From positions 14,995 through 78,994 of IMG/VR virus record IMGVR_UViG_3300021478_000216: a stretch of DNA of 64,000 nucleotides, one strand, 5' to 3'. Source of the stretch: a virus. This document shows positions 26,441-36,690 of this stretch, in pieces (position 1 is the stretch's first letter; each line of letters starts with the position of its first letter). Under the pieces are notes generated by a model. The model did not search any database. It was not told where the DNA came from and worked only from the letters and a program-made list of their open reading frames with translations. A program made the translations under genes and the position numbers.

Positions 26441-28992
26441 GCTGTATACTCCTGAAACATAGGAGGCTTCCAAAGTTCGACTGCGCACGGATAGGGACGA
26501 TCTCCTCTGAGCCAGTCTTCGAGATGGTTCATATCGCCCCAGTTGCGACCCACTTCTACGTCGACTGTGAATGGTACGTAGTCGCCACAGATCCTGTATG
26601 CGGACTCAGCCATGCGCTGGCGCATTAGGTTGCCTACATATTCGACGTTGTCCTGATGTGTCTCAAAGTACAGAGCGTCGTGGATAGTATTACGACACCA
26701 AGCGGTCCCCTTAAGTTCCTTTCTCAGATTAATGAAGGCCTGAACGCAAATGTCAGATCCTGTAGACTGTGGAAGGAAAGCCATAGCTTCATTCTGGACG
26801 TCCTTGAGATTCTCGTCCGTAACGAGATTAAATCGACGGCGTCGACCGAATGGAGTAATCAGGTCTTCCCCGTGCGTGGCAGCCCACTTGATCTTCTCCC
26901 GAAAGGCTACAATTCGGGGAATGACCACGAAGAAGTCACGATACATAGCTTGCGCGTCACGAAGCGGAATGTCAAGCTCGTCCGAGATGGACTTAGCTTC
27001 ACGACCATAAGCTAGGCCGTACACGAAGGCTTTAACGATGATACGCTTGTCCTTGGCTGAAGCTGACGCCAGTCTGTATGATCGTTCAGGTCTAACGATA
27101 GGGAGTAGCTCGTCGAATAGGTCTCGGGAAGGATCACGGAAGATCTCTGCGAAGTAAGGCTCTTGTGCTAGCCAGGTTAGAACTCGTAGTTCAAGCTGTC
27201 CATAGTCGGCACCAACGAGTACATGGTCATCCTTGGCAACCCTATACTGGCGTCGTAGCTTGTCTCCTCGGGGAATGACCTGTAGACTAGGCTTCTTCTG
27301 ACTGAGGCGTCCTGTACTTGTACTGTGTAGCATGACGGTAGGATATACCCGACCGCGCCAGACATACTTACGAAGACCTGATACATAGGTTCCATCTAGT
27401 TTGGCTACCTTGCGGTACTTAAGCATCGTCTCCAGAAACGTGACTATATCGTCTCTCTTATCACGGCGCGTCTTAGCGGCTTCGTACATCAGAGACAAAG
27501 CTTCGGCATTCGTGGTTTCTACTAGCTCGCCCTTGGTGTTCTTCATCTTAGGTATCGTAACACCTAGTTCATGAAGAACTGCCTTGACCTGCATAGGGGA
27601 ACGCGGATTGAACTCTTCTGCTATCCTGAACATAGTGCGTTCATAGCTAGCAGCCTCGATTGCGTATTCTCTCTGAAGCTGCCGATTGTAATTCAGGTCT
27701 ACAGCGAACCCGTTAAGTTCTAGATAGACGAAACCGGTCGCAGCTGCGCAGAGGAAGTCATGTAGGTCTCGGAGTCCCCACCATTCACCATCAGCTCGTG
27801 GCCTGATCGGGTCAAGACGGAGCGCGTCTTCTCTGTCGATATCGGCATCGAAGAACTCATCCAGTTCCCAAGTGCAAACCACGTCGTAACCGTTGTACTC
27901 GTAGAGGATAGGTCGGGGGATATTGCCGAAGCGCTTGTTCCTTCCTTTGCCGGTGTATTGATCGAGATCTTCGTCATAACGAGGAGCACCTAGTTTCTCG
28001 ACGGCGTTGTACTTCAGTCCGTGGATACCCGAGCGTTCATCCAGCACGTAGGATTTGAGCATGGTGTCTTGTCGGATGACAAGGTCCGTGAATCCCTTAG
28101 GATACAGGCCACTAACGTCGAATTTCCCGTTCTGAAATATGAGTTCAATACTGCGCAGCCAATCGGCCATCGATTTGAGGACTGCTTCGGATCTACAGGC
28201 CCGTTCTCCAAATACAATGCCTATGCCTTTCTGTACGCATATACCTATACAGAGCAATGCGAACCTGCTGGGATGGTCGAACGACCTTTCCTTGTCTAGA
28301 TCCGTCTCAATGTCAACTACTGCCTTATTGTACTTCCGGCGCAAAACAGCTATCGCACGGAGCGCTCCCTTTTCAGTATCAATGATAACGACCTTAGGCT
28401 TTCTCCAGGGAGGAGCACTGACTACGAGCTTCTGGAAGTCGTTACACATTGAAGGAAAGGAAGCCGACGATCGCAAGCACGCTGCTGGGTGAAATGTAGG
28501 AATGATCTTTACGTCAGGCAGATCACTAGTCTCGCGGAACGGTCCTACACGCAGCTGAGTAATGCCGATCTTAGTTCTCAGGAGCGACTGAGCCGCAGTG
28601 TTTCCTAGAGCCATGATCTGTTCGACACCGTGTTGCTTGAGTTCGGTTAGCAGTCTTTGTCGACAAGCAGTTACTGCTCCTGGAGGAGGCGTAAAGCTCG
28701 GGTTGTCTTTGGACGTACAGAGACAAGCGTTGGTAATGAACATCTCGTCTCGTCGCAGACGGTAGGCTTGCAGAACCTTGTCTAGGAGTTTGCCACTTGG
28801 TCCAATGAATGGTCTGCCTAGCCTGATCTCTGCTCGTCCAGGATTCTGACCGACCAAAGCGATCCTAGCTCTGTCGGGGCCAGAGCTAGGAACGAATCCG
28901 TATTCAGAGGTGTTAAGCGGACAAGTCTCGCAGGCTGCTAGAGGGTGACGACGCGCTTTGGGCTGAACTAGTTCGCTGGATTGTTCCACCAC
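26437..28992 (-). CDS. polA: Family A DNA polymerase with N-terminal family-4-like uracil-DNA glycosylase domain
   Basis: UDG: CETC, GQNPG, GRPFIGPSGKLL, HPAA; exo: DIET, NGKFD, YNGYD; pol: ADYGQLELR, KAFVYGLAYG, TIHDA. Confidence 0.93.
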   Translation of the reverse strand: MVEQSSELVQPKARRHPLAACETCPLNTSEYGFVPSSGPDRARIALVGQNPGRAEIRLGRPFIGPSGKLLDKVLQAYRLRRDEMFITNACLCTSKDNPSFTPPPGAVTACRQRLLTELKQHGVEQIMALGNTAAQSLLRTKIGITQLRVGPFRETSDLPDVKIIPTFHPAACLRSSASFPSMCNDFQKLVVSAPPWRKPKVVIIDTEKGALRAIAVLRRKYNKAVVDIETDLDKERSFDHPSRFALLCIGICVQKGIGIVFGERACRSEAVLKSMADWLRSIELIFQNGKFDVSGLYPKGFTDLVIRQDTMLKSYVLDERSGIHGLKYNAVEKLGAPRYDEDLDQYTGKGRNKRFGNIPRPILYEYNGYDVVCTWELDEFFDADIDREDALRLDPIRPRADGEWWGLRDLHDFLCAAATGFVYLELNGFAVDLNYNRQLQREYAIEAASYERTMFRIAEEFNPRSPMQVKAVLHELGVTIPKMKNTKGELVETTNAEALSLMYEAAKTRRDKRDDIVTFLETMLKYRKVAKLDGTYVSGLRKYVWRGRVYPTVMLHSTSTGRLSQKKPSLQVIPRGDKLRRQYRVAKDDHVLVGADYGQLELRVLTWLAQEPYFAEIFRDPSRDLFDELLPIVRPERSYRLASASAKDKRIIVKAFVYGLAYGREAKSISDELDIPLRDAQAMYRDFFVVIPRIVAFREKIKWAATHGEDLITPFGRRRRFNLVTDENLKDVQNEAMAFLPQSTGSDICVQAFINLRKELKGTAWCRNTIHDALYFETHQDNVEYVGNLMRQRMAESAYRICGDYVPFTVDVEVGRNWGDMNHLEDWLRGDRPYPCAVELWKPPMFQEYTA

Positions 28993-29082
28993 GTTACGTC
29001 CCCGTTCTGGTGCGGAGTGTCATTGCCGTGTTCGTTGCGCAAGCAGTAAATGTCTGTATCACGCAACCGGACGTTGCAATGT

Positions 29083-29715
29083 TCACTCCACGTTAGTAGG
29101 TCCGTGAGGCTTTGGTCCATTGTTGTCTTCCTGAAAGGTCATAACGTGTAGCGGATATCTTTCCTTCTCGAGCTGACGAAGACGTTCGAGGCAGATCGTA
29201 TAGACCTTACGTAGGTCGTCGTATTCGGTGCTTCCTGGCTTAACTCCGGCTCGTAGAAGGTAGGCGACCATCTCTCCGCGCCAGTAATCAAGCTTGAAGG
29301 CCTTAATGACGTCCCAGGGTTCTAGTCCAGACTCCGAACGGTAGTACTCAGGGTGGTGCTCGTCAGGCTTCTCGAAGAGAGGCTTAACGGCTTCGTTGTA
29401 GTCGAAAGGCTTGCCGGGGTGGTATCCAGGAGTACTAGGTTCAGAGCCTAGGTTGACAGCTTCGGAGAGTCTTTCGCTGTAGTCTCTGAGTGAAGCTCCG
29501 TAGTCAGTTTCTCCTCGCAGGACTTGTATAAGCTCACAGTGCATAGGATCGTCAGTTAGACGAACTGCGAAAGGTCTCGTACTAGCCAGCGGGTTATTAC
29601 TGTGGTAGTACTGTATGACGTAGCAGCCTGGAGGCGTTTCCCAGTCCTGGTCTGTAGGGATATTGACGATACGTTCTGTCACTGGTTCCACCTCTGAATT
29701 GGAGTTAGACCCCAC
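29083..29715 (-). CDS. DUF3310-like domain protein (possible nucleotide kinase-related)
   Basis: C-terminal HHPEYY...EPWDVI...YLLRAG.K...DDLRK pattern. Confidence 0.6.
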   Translation of the reverse strand: MGSNSNSEVEPVTERIVNIPTDQDWETPPGCYVIQYYHSNNPLASTRPFAVRLTDDPMHCELIQVLRGETDYGASLRDYSERLSEAVNLGSEPSTPGYHPGKPFDYNEAVKPLFEKPDEHHPEYYRSESGLEPWDVIKAFKLDYWRGEMVAYLLRAGVKPGSTEYDDLRKVYTICLERLRQLEKERYPLHVMTFQEDNNGPKPHGPTNVE

Positions 29716-30515
29716 TGATCGAGGGTCTTGATGTTGCGTTCTATAAGGAATGGTTGATCGAAATCCTCAGCCGTAAGGTCGAAGTAGTTGTCAGGCCTGG
29801 GAACTTCGACTCTACCAACTTCTTCTATGTTTATCCCCCTGTGCGCATACGAGAAAGGTGCGATAGTGTCCATGCTCCGAACTAGACCAGAGACCGAAGC
29901 ACAGTGCTGAAGCTCTGTTGGCCATTGGTCACTGAAGCCTAGCAGGTGAATATCGTAACGAGTACCGTAGCGCTTCTTGATCTCCAAAGCCAGTTCGAAT
30001 CTAGCTGTGGGGTTGCCTGATCTGTAACAGGTAGTTCGGCTGATAGAGATCGTCTTGATATGGTGACTTGTGTCGCTGTGGTTCAGTTCGGACACGAATT
30101 CTAGAGACTCTTGAAGACTCTGTCCGTGAGCTACAGCTGCGATGCGAGGAACCTTGCCACCGAAAGGCATAGGTCCTCGTAGAGTTTCTAGGAACTGCTG
30201 CGTAAGCACCAGCGTTGCAGAAGGATCTCCTAGGACGTCTGGAGCTACTAGCTCGGTTGCACCGTAACGTGCGGCTACTCGTATTAGGTCGTAGTCATTT
30301 AGACGTTCTCCTTCCCAGGCACCGTTGTCTAGTAGCCACTCGACGTGATGACTCTTCCACGCCTGGTTGTAGAAGTCTAGGTAATGCGCGTTCGGAGGTT
30401 CTCCACCGTTAGGATGAATAAGTTCGCCTGCCAGAGCCATCTGGATACGACGATCTTCGCAGTACTGCTGTGCGAGAGCGCCTGGAGGGATAATTGCTAC
30501 TTCTACCGGAATCAT
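29679..30515 (-). CDS. TGT-fold TIM-barrel protein, DpdA-like guanine transglycosylase
   Basis: LLDNGA, APDVLGD, IHLLG, RSMDT motifs; adjacent to folE/queD. Confidence 0.65.
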   Translation of the reverse strand: MIPVEVAIIPPGALAQQYCEDRRIQMALAGELIHPNGGEPPNAHYLDFYNQAWKSHHVEWLLDNGAWEGERLNDYDLIRVAARYGATELVAPDVLGDPSATLVLTQQFLETLRGPMPFGGKVPRIAAVAHGQSLQESLEFVSELNHSDTSHHIKTISISRTTCYRSGNPTARFELALEIKKRYGTRYDIHLLGFSDQWPTELQHCASVSGLVRSMDTIAPFSYAHRGINIEEVGRVEVPRPDNYFDLTAEDFDQPFLIERNIKTLDQWGLTPIQRWNQ

Positions 30516-30718
30516 AATACGGTTTTAACCTCTTCCCAGTCTTCCTTGTATGGAGCGCTATCTTCGTCCACGTCTGCCATCCAGCCAAGAGAGTTACGGA
30601 TTGTGAAGCTCTCACCTGGGAGAAAGTCATGAACGAGAACCTTGCCTGAAGGCCAGTTTCGTCGACGCATCATGAAGCCTGCTTTGGCCTTTGCGAAGGC
30701 TTCTGGAGTGTTCATCAT
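30512..30718 (-). CDS. DUF2829-like hypothetical protein
   Basis: EAFAKAKAG..MRRRNW...EDWEEV. Confidence 0.55.
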   Translation of the reverse strand: MMNTPEAFAKAKAGFMMRRRNWPSGKVLVHDFLPGESFTIRNSLGWMADVDEDSAPYKEDWEEVKTVL

Positions 30719-31329
30719 AGTCCCAACAGCGTAAAGAATTCCTCTTTGACATGGCGCTTGTTATCGACGAAGACGCCTCTGACAGCGCTGGTGACCGTTT
30801 CGGTCTCATGTGCTAGTGCGCCTCGTAGCGACATGCAGCTGTGGAACGCTTTCATGACGACGATAACACCTTGGGGGTTCAGGATGTCATTGAACGTATC
30901 AGCTAGGTCTGTAGTCAGCTCTTCCTGGACCGCAGGAGTCTTAGCTGCTGTCTGAACCTGGCGTGCTATCTTGGATAGACCTGCGATTAGTCCGTCAGGA
31001 ACGTAGCCGACGTGGCAAGTACCTGTGAAGGGTGCGAGATGGTGCGAACATAGACTTACGAATCGTATGTTCTTGACTACTACTAGTTCGTGTGCATCAG
31101 TCTTGAAGGTTGTGAACTTCCAACGCTCGCTAGCGTCCGTCAGTTCTCGTAGCATCTTGACGAATCGTAGCGGCGTGTCCTTGACATCGTCGCCTTCCCA
31201 GTCGAAGTCTGGTATGACCTTTTCGAGCAGGAGTTTCATCAAAATTTCAGGTGATGTAGAAGACAGGTCTAGTACTTCTCTGCCTGATACTGAGTCGTAG
31301 TACGGTTGCCCGTCAGGTTCGAAAAGCAT
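30715..31329 (-). CDS. folE: GTP cyclohydrolase I
   Basis: DTPLRF, SLCSHHLAPF, GLSKIAR, VQEELT, HSCMSLRG. Confidence 0.95.
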   Translation of the reverse strand: MLFEPDGQPYYDSVSGREVLDLSSTSPEILMKLLLEKVIPDFDWEGDDVKDTPLRFVKMLRELTDASERWKFTTFKTDAHELVVVKNIRFVSLCSHHLAPFTGTCHVGYVPDGLIAGLSKIARQVQTAAKTPAVQEELTTDLADTFNDILNPQGVIVVMKAFHSCMSLRGALAHETETVTSAVRGVFVDNKRHVKEEFFTLLGL

Positions 31330-31802
31330 CAGAATCCTGTGAAACTCAGCGAAGTCAGTGCGTTGCGTGCACGTTGCTTATCGGGATTAGACATGGGTTC
31401 GGCTGCTAGAGACTCTAGTACATCTAGAACGGTATCGAGCGGCGGTAGTGAATGAGGCGAATACCAGGCGGTTGTCTTCGGAGTCTCACTGACTCGTACA
31501 GCTGTAACCTCTGGATACAAGGCTACTGCCCGTTCATAGAACAGCTTCGCCATATTTTCAGCTGTAGGCTGTGCGATCGTGTCGTTGATCTGTCTGTGGT
31601 CGAACGTGTTGTCGAGCCAGGTCTTAAAGCGTCCTAGCTCACCGTAGTCACGTACGAAGCCTACATCGTCGAGTGCAGGACTTTCTAGATACAGTTCGAC
31701 CTCGTAATTGTGTCCATGCAAGCGTCCGCAAGGGTGACCTTCTACAAGATCATTGAGATAGTGCGCTGCTGAGAACTGAAATGTCTTACTGATGCGCCAC
31801 AT
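31329..31802 (-). CDS. queD: 6-carboxy-5,6,7,8-tetrahydropterin synthase
   Basis: Probable start MWRISKTFQFSAAH; CGRLHGHNY, DYGEL, FDH, PTAENMA, SETPKT. Confidence 0.93.
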   Translation of the reverse strand: MWRISKTFQFSAAHYLNDLVEGHPCGRLHGHNYEVELYLESPALDDVGFVRDYGELGRFKTWLDNTFDHRQINDTIAQPTAENMAKLFYERAVALYPEVTAVRVSETPKTTAWYSPHSLPPLDTVLDVLESLAAEPMSNPDKQRARNALTSLSFTGF

Positions 31803-31803
31803 G

Positions 31804-32184
31804 CTAGTATCCGATCGGAGGAGGCGTGGGTGTACGGCCGGTAGGAGAACCTTCGATACCGAGTTGCTTCGGACCGATAGCCTTGCGCTTAAGGTCGTCA
31901 GGCTTCCAAGTCTCGAATAGATGCTTGATACAGGTAGCGTAGTCGGGTCCGTCGATAAGGACACAGGTGCGCATATGTGTCGTCAGTGTCAGATCCGTAT
32001 GCGTGATACCTGCATGAATCGGGAAGATTCCGTCGAACACTTGGTGGAACCCCGCTTCGTATCGGAGTTCCGCATAACTGAGCTCCTTGCTAGCAATGAT
32101 ACGAACTTTCCCGTCAGGAAGCTGCATACCACAGATAGACCATTCGGGATTCGGGAACTGCGAGCTAAAGTCGTAATTAGGCAC
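31804..32184 (-). CDS. Hypothetical protein
   Basis: AGGAG RBS, 126 aa, operon packing. Confidence 0.6.
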   Translation of the reverse strand: MPNYDFSSQFPNPEWSICGMQLPDGKVRIIASKELSYAELRYEAGFHQVFDGIFPIHAGITHTDLTLTTHMRTCVLIDGPDYATCIKHLFETWKPDDLKRKAIGPKQLGIEGSPTGRTPTPPPIGY

Positions 32185-32329
32185 TGTGTCTCCTAGGTGC
32201 TGAAGATGTAGGCGGTAGGTCGGTCCAGTCGCATTCTCACGGGTACCATCTTCTGGTCTTGTACTACCCCGCTAAACCGTGTGCTGCCTACTCTTACCTC
32301 GCGACGTGGCCTACATCTTCATGGTCTAG

Positions 32330-32848
32330 CTAGAACGGACTATCGGTTTCGCTCTTCGGAGACCCGAGCTGGTCTTCGGAGAACATCCCGTAGCCGCGGA
32401 TCTCGATGTGTCGCTCTGGCATGTCAGGGAACTTCTCGACCTGCCGCTTGTTCTTACCGCGCCGGATAAAGAGCTCCTGACCTTCGTAGTACTCCGGCTC
32501 GGTCGGGACTTCGAGGTTGCCGTCCGAGTCGAGGTTGTCCTCGTAGGCGTTCTTGTTGCCCTTCTGAGAAGGCAGCGCCTTGAGAATGCCGACGATGGTG
32601 TACATCGCGCCTTCCCAGAGGCACGCGTTGGTGAAGTCGTGCCTGTTGGCGTACTCCTGCCAGCGTCCCGGAGTATCCTGGATAACGAAGTCGAAGTTGA
32701 GCATTGGCTTGCCAGAGTTGTTTTCCGACTCTGACTCGAGCAGCTCCACGCCGTGGATCACGGCGTGGTACTTGCCGATCGGCATCGGATCGAAGCTGCG
32801 GTCACCTGACGAAGCTTCCTGGTCGCTGAGTGAAACCCTGATTCCCAT
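32330..32848 (-). CDS. Putative single-stranded DNA-binding protein (DUF669-like)
   Basis: FDPMPIGKYHAVI...GKPMLNF; acidic C-terminus ending DSPF; next to AAA ATPase. Confidence 0.7.
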   Translation of the reverse strand: MGIRVSLSDQEASSGDRSFDPMPIGKYHAVIHGVELLESESENNSGKPMLNFDFVIQDTPGRWQEYANRHDFTNACLWEGAMYTIVGILKALPSQKGNKNAYEDNLDSDGNLEVPTEPEYYEGQELFIRRGKNKRQVEKFPDMPERHIEIRGYGMFSEDQLGSPKSETDSPF

Positions 32849-32884
32849 AGTTCCGTTTTCTCTTTCTGTACTAGTTACTTTGCC

Positions 32885-33721
32885 CTATCGGGCGGGTTCC
32901 TCTGCAGGCATACTGATGATCTGCCTGTAAAGGTCTTCGAGTTTAGGCTCCTGAATAACCCTCTCGAAGAGTCCGGTTCTTGACTTGGCCTGATAACCTT
33001 CAGTGAGGCCTGTCAAGAGAACGCGACGTTCTGCTTCGACGATCTTGGTTCGGCCTTCAGCGACCGTTGTGCGCTCCACAGCAAGGTAGAACACGTTGCT
33101 GAACATACCGCAGGCCTGATTCTTGAGCTTGCCGGGCAGGTCTGGGACGATCCAGTTGATACTGCGGTTGTCCTTCGCCTCAGCTTCGTGACAGGTTACG
33201 ATGAAGTTGACAGGCAGATCGCGGAAGTGCCTGAATAGGGTTCGCATCTGGCTAATCGATTCGCCCCATTCACGCATGCTCGGGACGTCGAAGTTAACCT
33301 CGCCGCCTCCAGGCCGACCCGAGATGAGGAGAGCTGACATGATATCGTTCATAGACAGCTTCTGTGCTTCGGTGCCAGTGTCGATCACGAGAGTCTTGAA
33401 CGGGATAGGCGTGCCGGAACCAGACAGCTTAGCTGCTGCCTTGTAGATCTGGTCGAACTGTGAGAACTTCCTGATGAAGGCCACCTGTGCGTCTGGAGCT
33501 TCCTTACGCAGGGTGTCCGCCTCTGCTTGGTCAGGTGTCATGAAGAGTACAGGTGTCATGCCTGGGATCTTCTGAGCCTGAGCTACCAGAGTTGTCTTAC
33601 CGACCCCCGGCTTGCCGTAGATGAGAGCCTTCATGTACTGTGGCTTGTCTCGGATAGGCGCTATAGGAACGCCTCCGAAGTCTGTCATAGTAGGGACTAG
33701 TGCGGTACTAACGTCGCTCAT
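32885..33721 (-). CDS. AAA ATPase (Sak4-like recombination protein)
   Basis: Walker A YGKPGVGKTT, Walker B LVIDT, TCHE. Confidence 0.8.
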   Translation of the reverse strand: MSDVSTALVPTMTDFGGVPIAPIRDKPQYMKALIYGKPGVGKTTLVAQAQKIPGMTPVLFMTPDQAEADTLRKEAPDAQVAFIRKFSQFDQIYKAAAKLSGSGTPIPFKTLVIDTGTEAQKLSMNDIMSALLISGRPGGGEVNFDVPSMREWGESISQMRTLFRHFRDLPVNFIVTCHEAEAKDNRSINWIVPDLPGKLKNQACGMFSNVFYLAVERTTVAEGRTKIVEAERRVLLTGLTEGYQAKSRTGLFERVIQEPKLEDLYRQIISMPAEEPAR

Positions 33722-34890
33722 GACTGCCGCCGTCTCTGTATATAGTACGGTTCTGACTTGACGAAGTCTGCTTCAAGATCTCCTGTCGGGTCTAGACCGC
33801 CAGAAGCTGTAAGACAGGGTAGCTGGAATGAACATGACTGACAGTTCGGTTGACTAGCGTTCTTGTATATAGCTGGTTCGCCAATCACCTCCTTAGCTTG
33901 TAGCAGTATACTACGGCCTGCTTCTTCTAGTTGTTCGGCTGTCTTGATCATAACGAAACGCCTAGAAAACTCAGGGCCGTGATTCTTGAGCCATTCTAGG
34001 TAGTCGTTGTACAGACCATGGCGATACGCTCTGTTGTCTTTACGTTCGAAGACTTGACGAGCTGTATGGTAGTCCGTGAGCTGTTGCTTGTTGACACTGT
34101 ACCAACGTCCTTGACCTGGAGTCTGCAATCTCCTGGGAGGCTTCGGGTAAGCCTTTCGGAACTGATTAAGGATAATCCCAGTAGCTGGGTATCCGTTCTG
34201 ACGCACACACCATAGGTACGAAGGAAGCTGGTCTTCTAGTTCTGGAAGTACTGAGTCTTCTTTGTACAAGTTGGCGGCTGATTTACTGTCTTCTACAAAG
34301 ATGAATCCTTCACGGTCTTCGAAGACTACATCGATACGACAGCTAAATACAACTGGAATGCCTGTGAACTGTCCTAGGATGTCATATGAATCCGGGAACT
34401 CGTTGTGCTTTCGATACCGTGCGATACAGTCCTTGCAGGCACAGTGAAGCTGGTTGCCCTGATCGTCAACAACTGGACACTCGAATTCACGCTCTACGAA
34501 TAGCGGCTTATAAGCCGAACGATCAAGACTCCGACACAGTTTGACGAGCATGCTGCGTAGAATACTGAGACGCTCGCCGTAATCGAGAGCTTCTTCTTCG
34601 TCCAGCTGATACTTTGCCGAACGAAGAAGGTAGTCATTTCGTTGGTGATTAGCTTCGGCTATAAGTGCATCCTGAGCAAACTTGTGCAAGTCTCCCAACG
34701 GTGTACGCCAAGTCTCAGGGTTGTACAGGACTTCCAGAGCCTTGTGCCAGACAGTACCATCTTCGAGAGGAGCTGGTCGCTTAATCGGTTCCCAGTTGTC
34801 TCGATAGCGCCAGTCCCACATGCGTCTGCATGTACGGTAACCACGAAGCTGAGACGAATGGATCTCATGAGTGAGAGTCACTAGGGCCAC
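33718..34890 (-). CDS. PD-(D/E)XK Cas4/RecB-like exonuclease
   Basis: SSQLRGYRTCRR, GTVWHKALE, RIDV...EDSK, QLPSY, CQSCSFQLPC. Confidence 0.8.
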   Translation of the reverse strand: MALVTLTHEIHSSQLRGYRTCRRMWDWRYRDNWEPIKRPAPLEDGTVWHKALEVLYNPETWRTPLGDLHKFAQDALIAEANHQRNDYLLRSAKYQLDEEEALDYGERLSILRSMLVKLCRSLDRSAYKPLFVEREFECPVVDDQGNQLHCACKDCIARYRKHNEFPDSYDILGQFTGIPVVFSCRIDVVFEDREGFIFVEDSKSAANLYKEDSVLPELEDQLPSYLWCVRQNGYPATGIILNQFRKAYPKPPRRLQTPGQGRWYSVNKQQLTDYHTARQVFERKDNRAYRHGLYNDYLEWLKNHGPEFSRRFVMIKTAEQLEEAGRSILLQAKEVIGEPAIYKNASQPNCQSCSFQLPCLTASGGLDPTGDLEADFVKSEPYYIQRRRQS

Positions 34891-35368
34891 CTTGCGTAGT
34901 ATCTGAGCCAGATCCCCAAGCTTCGTATTGGGCTACTCCCGGTGATGGAGGCTTCCAAGTCTCGACAGGTCTGCCTTCAACATAGCAGTCACCAGGATGC
35001 GGGCCAGTGCTGTAGATACATCCAGGCTTGTGATACTGAAGACTTGGAGGAGGACTTCCGGGGCTTGCAGAGGCTGCGATCCTCTTAAGATCAGTCAGAG
35101 AGCATATCTGGACAGGACGTCCAACCTTGTAACCAATAGCCTTCGCCAGCTGGGCAGCCTCTTCTATCTGCTGTTGATCGTACAGAGGCGCTACGTAACC
35201 TGTTTCTCCGAAACCATGAATCGGTAGCCCGAACTTAGGCATAGTCCCTGGGTATTCAGTGTCTCCCAGGTTCTGAGGCATGCCATGCTCTGCACAGTTG
35301 ATGATAGACGTCGTCGGCGGGAAACAGTCTATCGCACAAGAGCAGGACTTCGGTAGTTCTGGTGTCAT
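34865..35368 (-). CDS. Hypothetical Cys/His-containing protein
   Basis: 167 aa filling gap between queC and exonuclease. Confidence 0.5.
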   Translation of the reverse strand: MTPELPKSCSCAIDCFPPTTSIINCAEHGMPQNLGDTEYPGTMPKFGLPIHGFGETGYVAPLYDQQQIEEAAQLAKAIGYKVGRPVQICSLTDLKRIAASASPGSPPPSLQYHKPGCIYSTGPHPGDCYVEGRPVETWKPPSPGVAQYEAWGSGSDTTQGGPSDSHS

Positions 35369-35382
35369 CGGAGTTGTCGCCG

Positions 35383-36090
35383 TTACTTAGCCGCGACCGC
35401 TGTCTTCCAGAACTCGGTGTCCATGTACACCGTGGGGTCCTCCACCTTTGCTTCGTGAAAGGCTTCGAGGCGTTCGACGCAAGTGCCGCATCGTCCGCAG
35501 TGGGAAGTTCCGCCCTTGTAGCATGACCACGTGAGATCAATAGGAACGCGGAGTTCGCCTGCCCTCCTGGCGATGTCAGCCTTAGTCCTGAAGATGTAAG
35601 GAGTCCTGATTTCGAATCCTGGGTGAATAAATCCTTCGTTACCGATCTTGATAGCTGCCTCTAGGTTCCTGATAAACTCAGGCCTACAGTCAGGATAGAT
35701 CGCGTGGTCACCTGCATGAACCGCCGTGGCGACAAACTGAGCCTTGATGGAGATAGCCACTCCCGCCGCCATAGCTATCATGACCATGTTACGGTTCGGG
35801 ACAACCGTTGCCTTCATGCTCTCGGCATCGTAGCTGCCTTCCGGGACCTCTGCGTTAGGGTCTACCAGGGAGCTTGCGCTGGATACAATCGAACGTCCAT
35901 AAGACGGAATGTCTATGATCAGGTGGTGAAGACGAAGGGCTGAAGTGATAGCCCTTGCCTGGATAAGTTCCCTGATGTGACGCTGACCGTAGTTGAAGGA
36001 CACTACGTCTACGTCTGTTCCGCTGTTTACAAGATCGTACAGCATAGTGGTGCTGTCAAGTCCGCCGGATACGATTGCTATGCCACCCAT
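35383..36090 (-). CDS. queC: 7-cyano-7-deazaguanine (preQ0) synthase
   Basis: SGGLDST, FNYGQRH, VPNRN, YPDCR, TWSCY, HCGRCGTC. Confidence 0.96.
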   Translation of the reverse strand: MGGIAIVSGGLDSTTMLYDLVNSGTDVDVVSFNYGQRHIRELIQARAITSALRLHHLIIDIPSYGRSIVSSASSLVDPNAEVPEGSYDAESMKATVVPNRNMVMIAMAAGVAISIKAQFVATAVHAGDHAIYPDCRPEFIRNLEAAIKIGNEGFIHPGFEIRTPYIFRTKADIARRAGELRVPIDLTWSCYKGGTSHCGRCGTCVERLEAFHEAKVEDPTVYMDTEFWKTAVAAK

Positions 36091-36128
36091 AAGGTTTGCT
36101 CCTGGATTCTCGCTTTTCGTATAATATA

Positions 36129-36158
36129 ATTATACTACAAGAATCTAGGGAACAACAA
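36129..36158 (-). promoter_or_regulatory. Promoter, TTGTTG-N18-TATAAT upstream of queC
   Basis: Promoter family member in AT-rich gap. Confidence 0.6.
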
Positions 36159-36323
36159 TGGAGCCTTAAAGGAAATTATTCTGAAATTTCCCTTAATACA
36201 CTAGTCAACTAATGACCGCAAGCGTTGGACGCACAGTCGGTTACAATAGCGTGTACTATAGCAAAGATAGCTAGTCCTGTCAGGACTAGTGCACATATCA
36301 AACAGACAAGAAGTTCCCAGTCT

Positions 36324-36638
36324 CTATTCTTCATGCCTAACAGGCCCTCCTGTCCGAGTCCCGTTACGAGACAGAGTCACTTCCTTAGGTACAGACTTCA
36401 TGGTAAGCCAACGGAGCGGTTCTTCGATATTGTCCAGAGCTGGAAAGGTAACTGTTACCGTGTCACCTGTTAGGTTCGTGTCTTCGTTAAGCCAGTCTTC
36501 GTCCATACCGTCCCAGTACTCACGTATATACCGGTAGAACTCTTCCGCCTCAGCTAGGGCTCCTTCGTAGTCATCTTCGGCTATCATTTCCTGGATAGAG
36601 TCGAACTCTACAACTAGCGTCCAACGGCTCATTTCCAT
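36324..36638 (-). CDS. Acidic hypothetical protein
   Basis: AAGGAGAG RBS. Confidence 0.6.
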   Translation of the reverse strand: MEMSRWTLVVEFDSIQEMIAEDDYEGALAEAEEFYRYIREYWDGMDEDWLNEDTNLTGDTVTVTFPALDNIEEPLRWLTMKSVPKEVTLSRNGTRTGGPVRHEE

Positions 36639-36653
36639 GATACTCTCCTTATC

Positions 36654-36681
36654 AGGCCCGCCGGCGTGTTCCGGCGGGCCT
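36654..36681. terminator. Intergenic hairpin (possible terminator)
   Basis: Perfect 11-bp stem AGGCCCGCCGG/CCGGCGGGCCT. Confidence 0.6.
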
Positions 36682-36690
36682 CGTTGCTGA

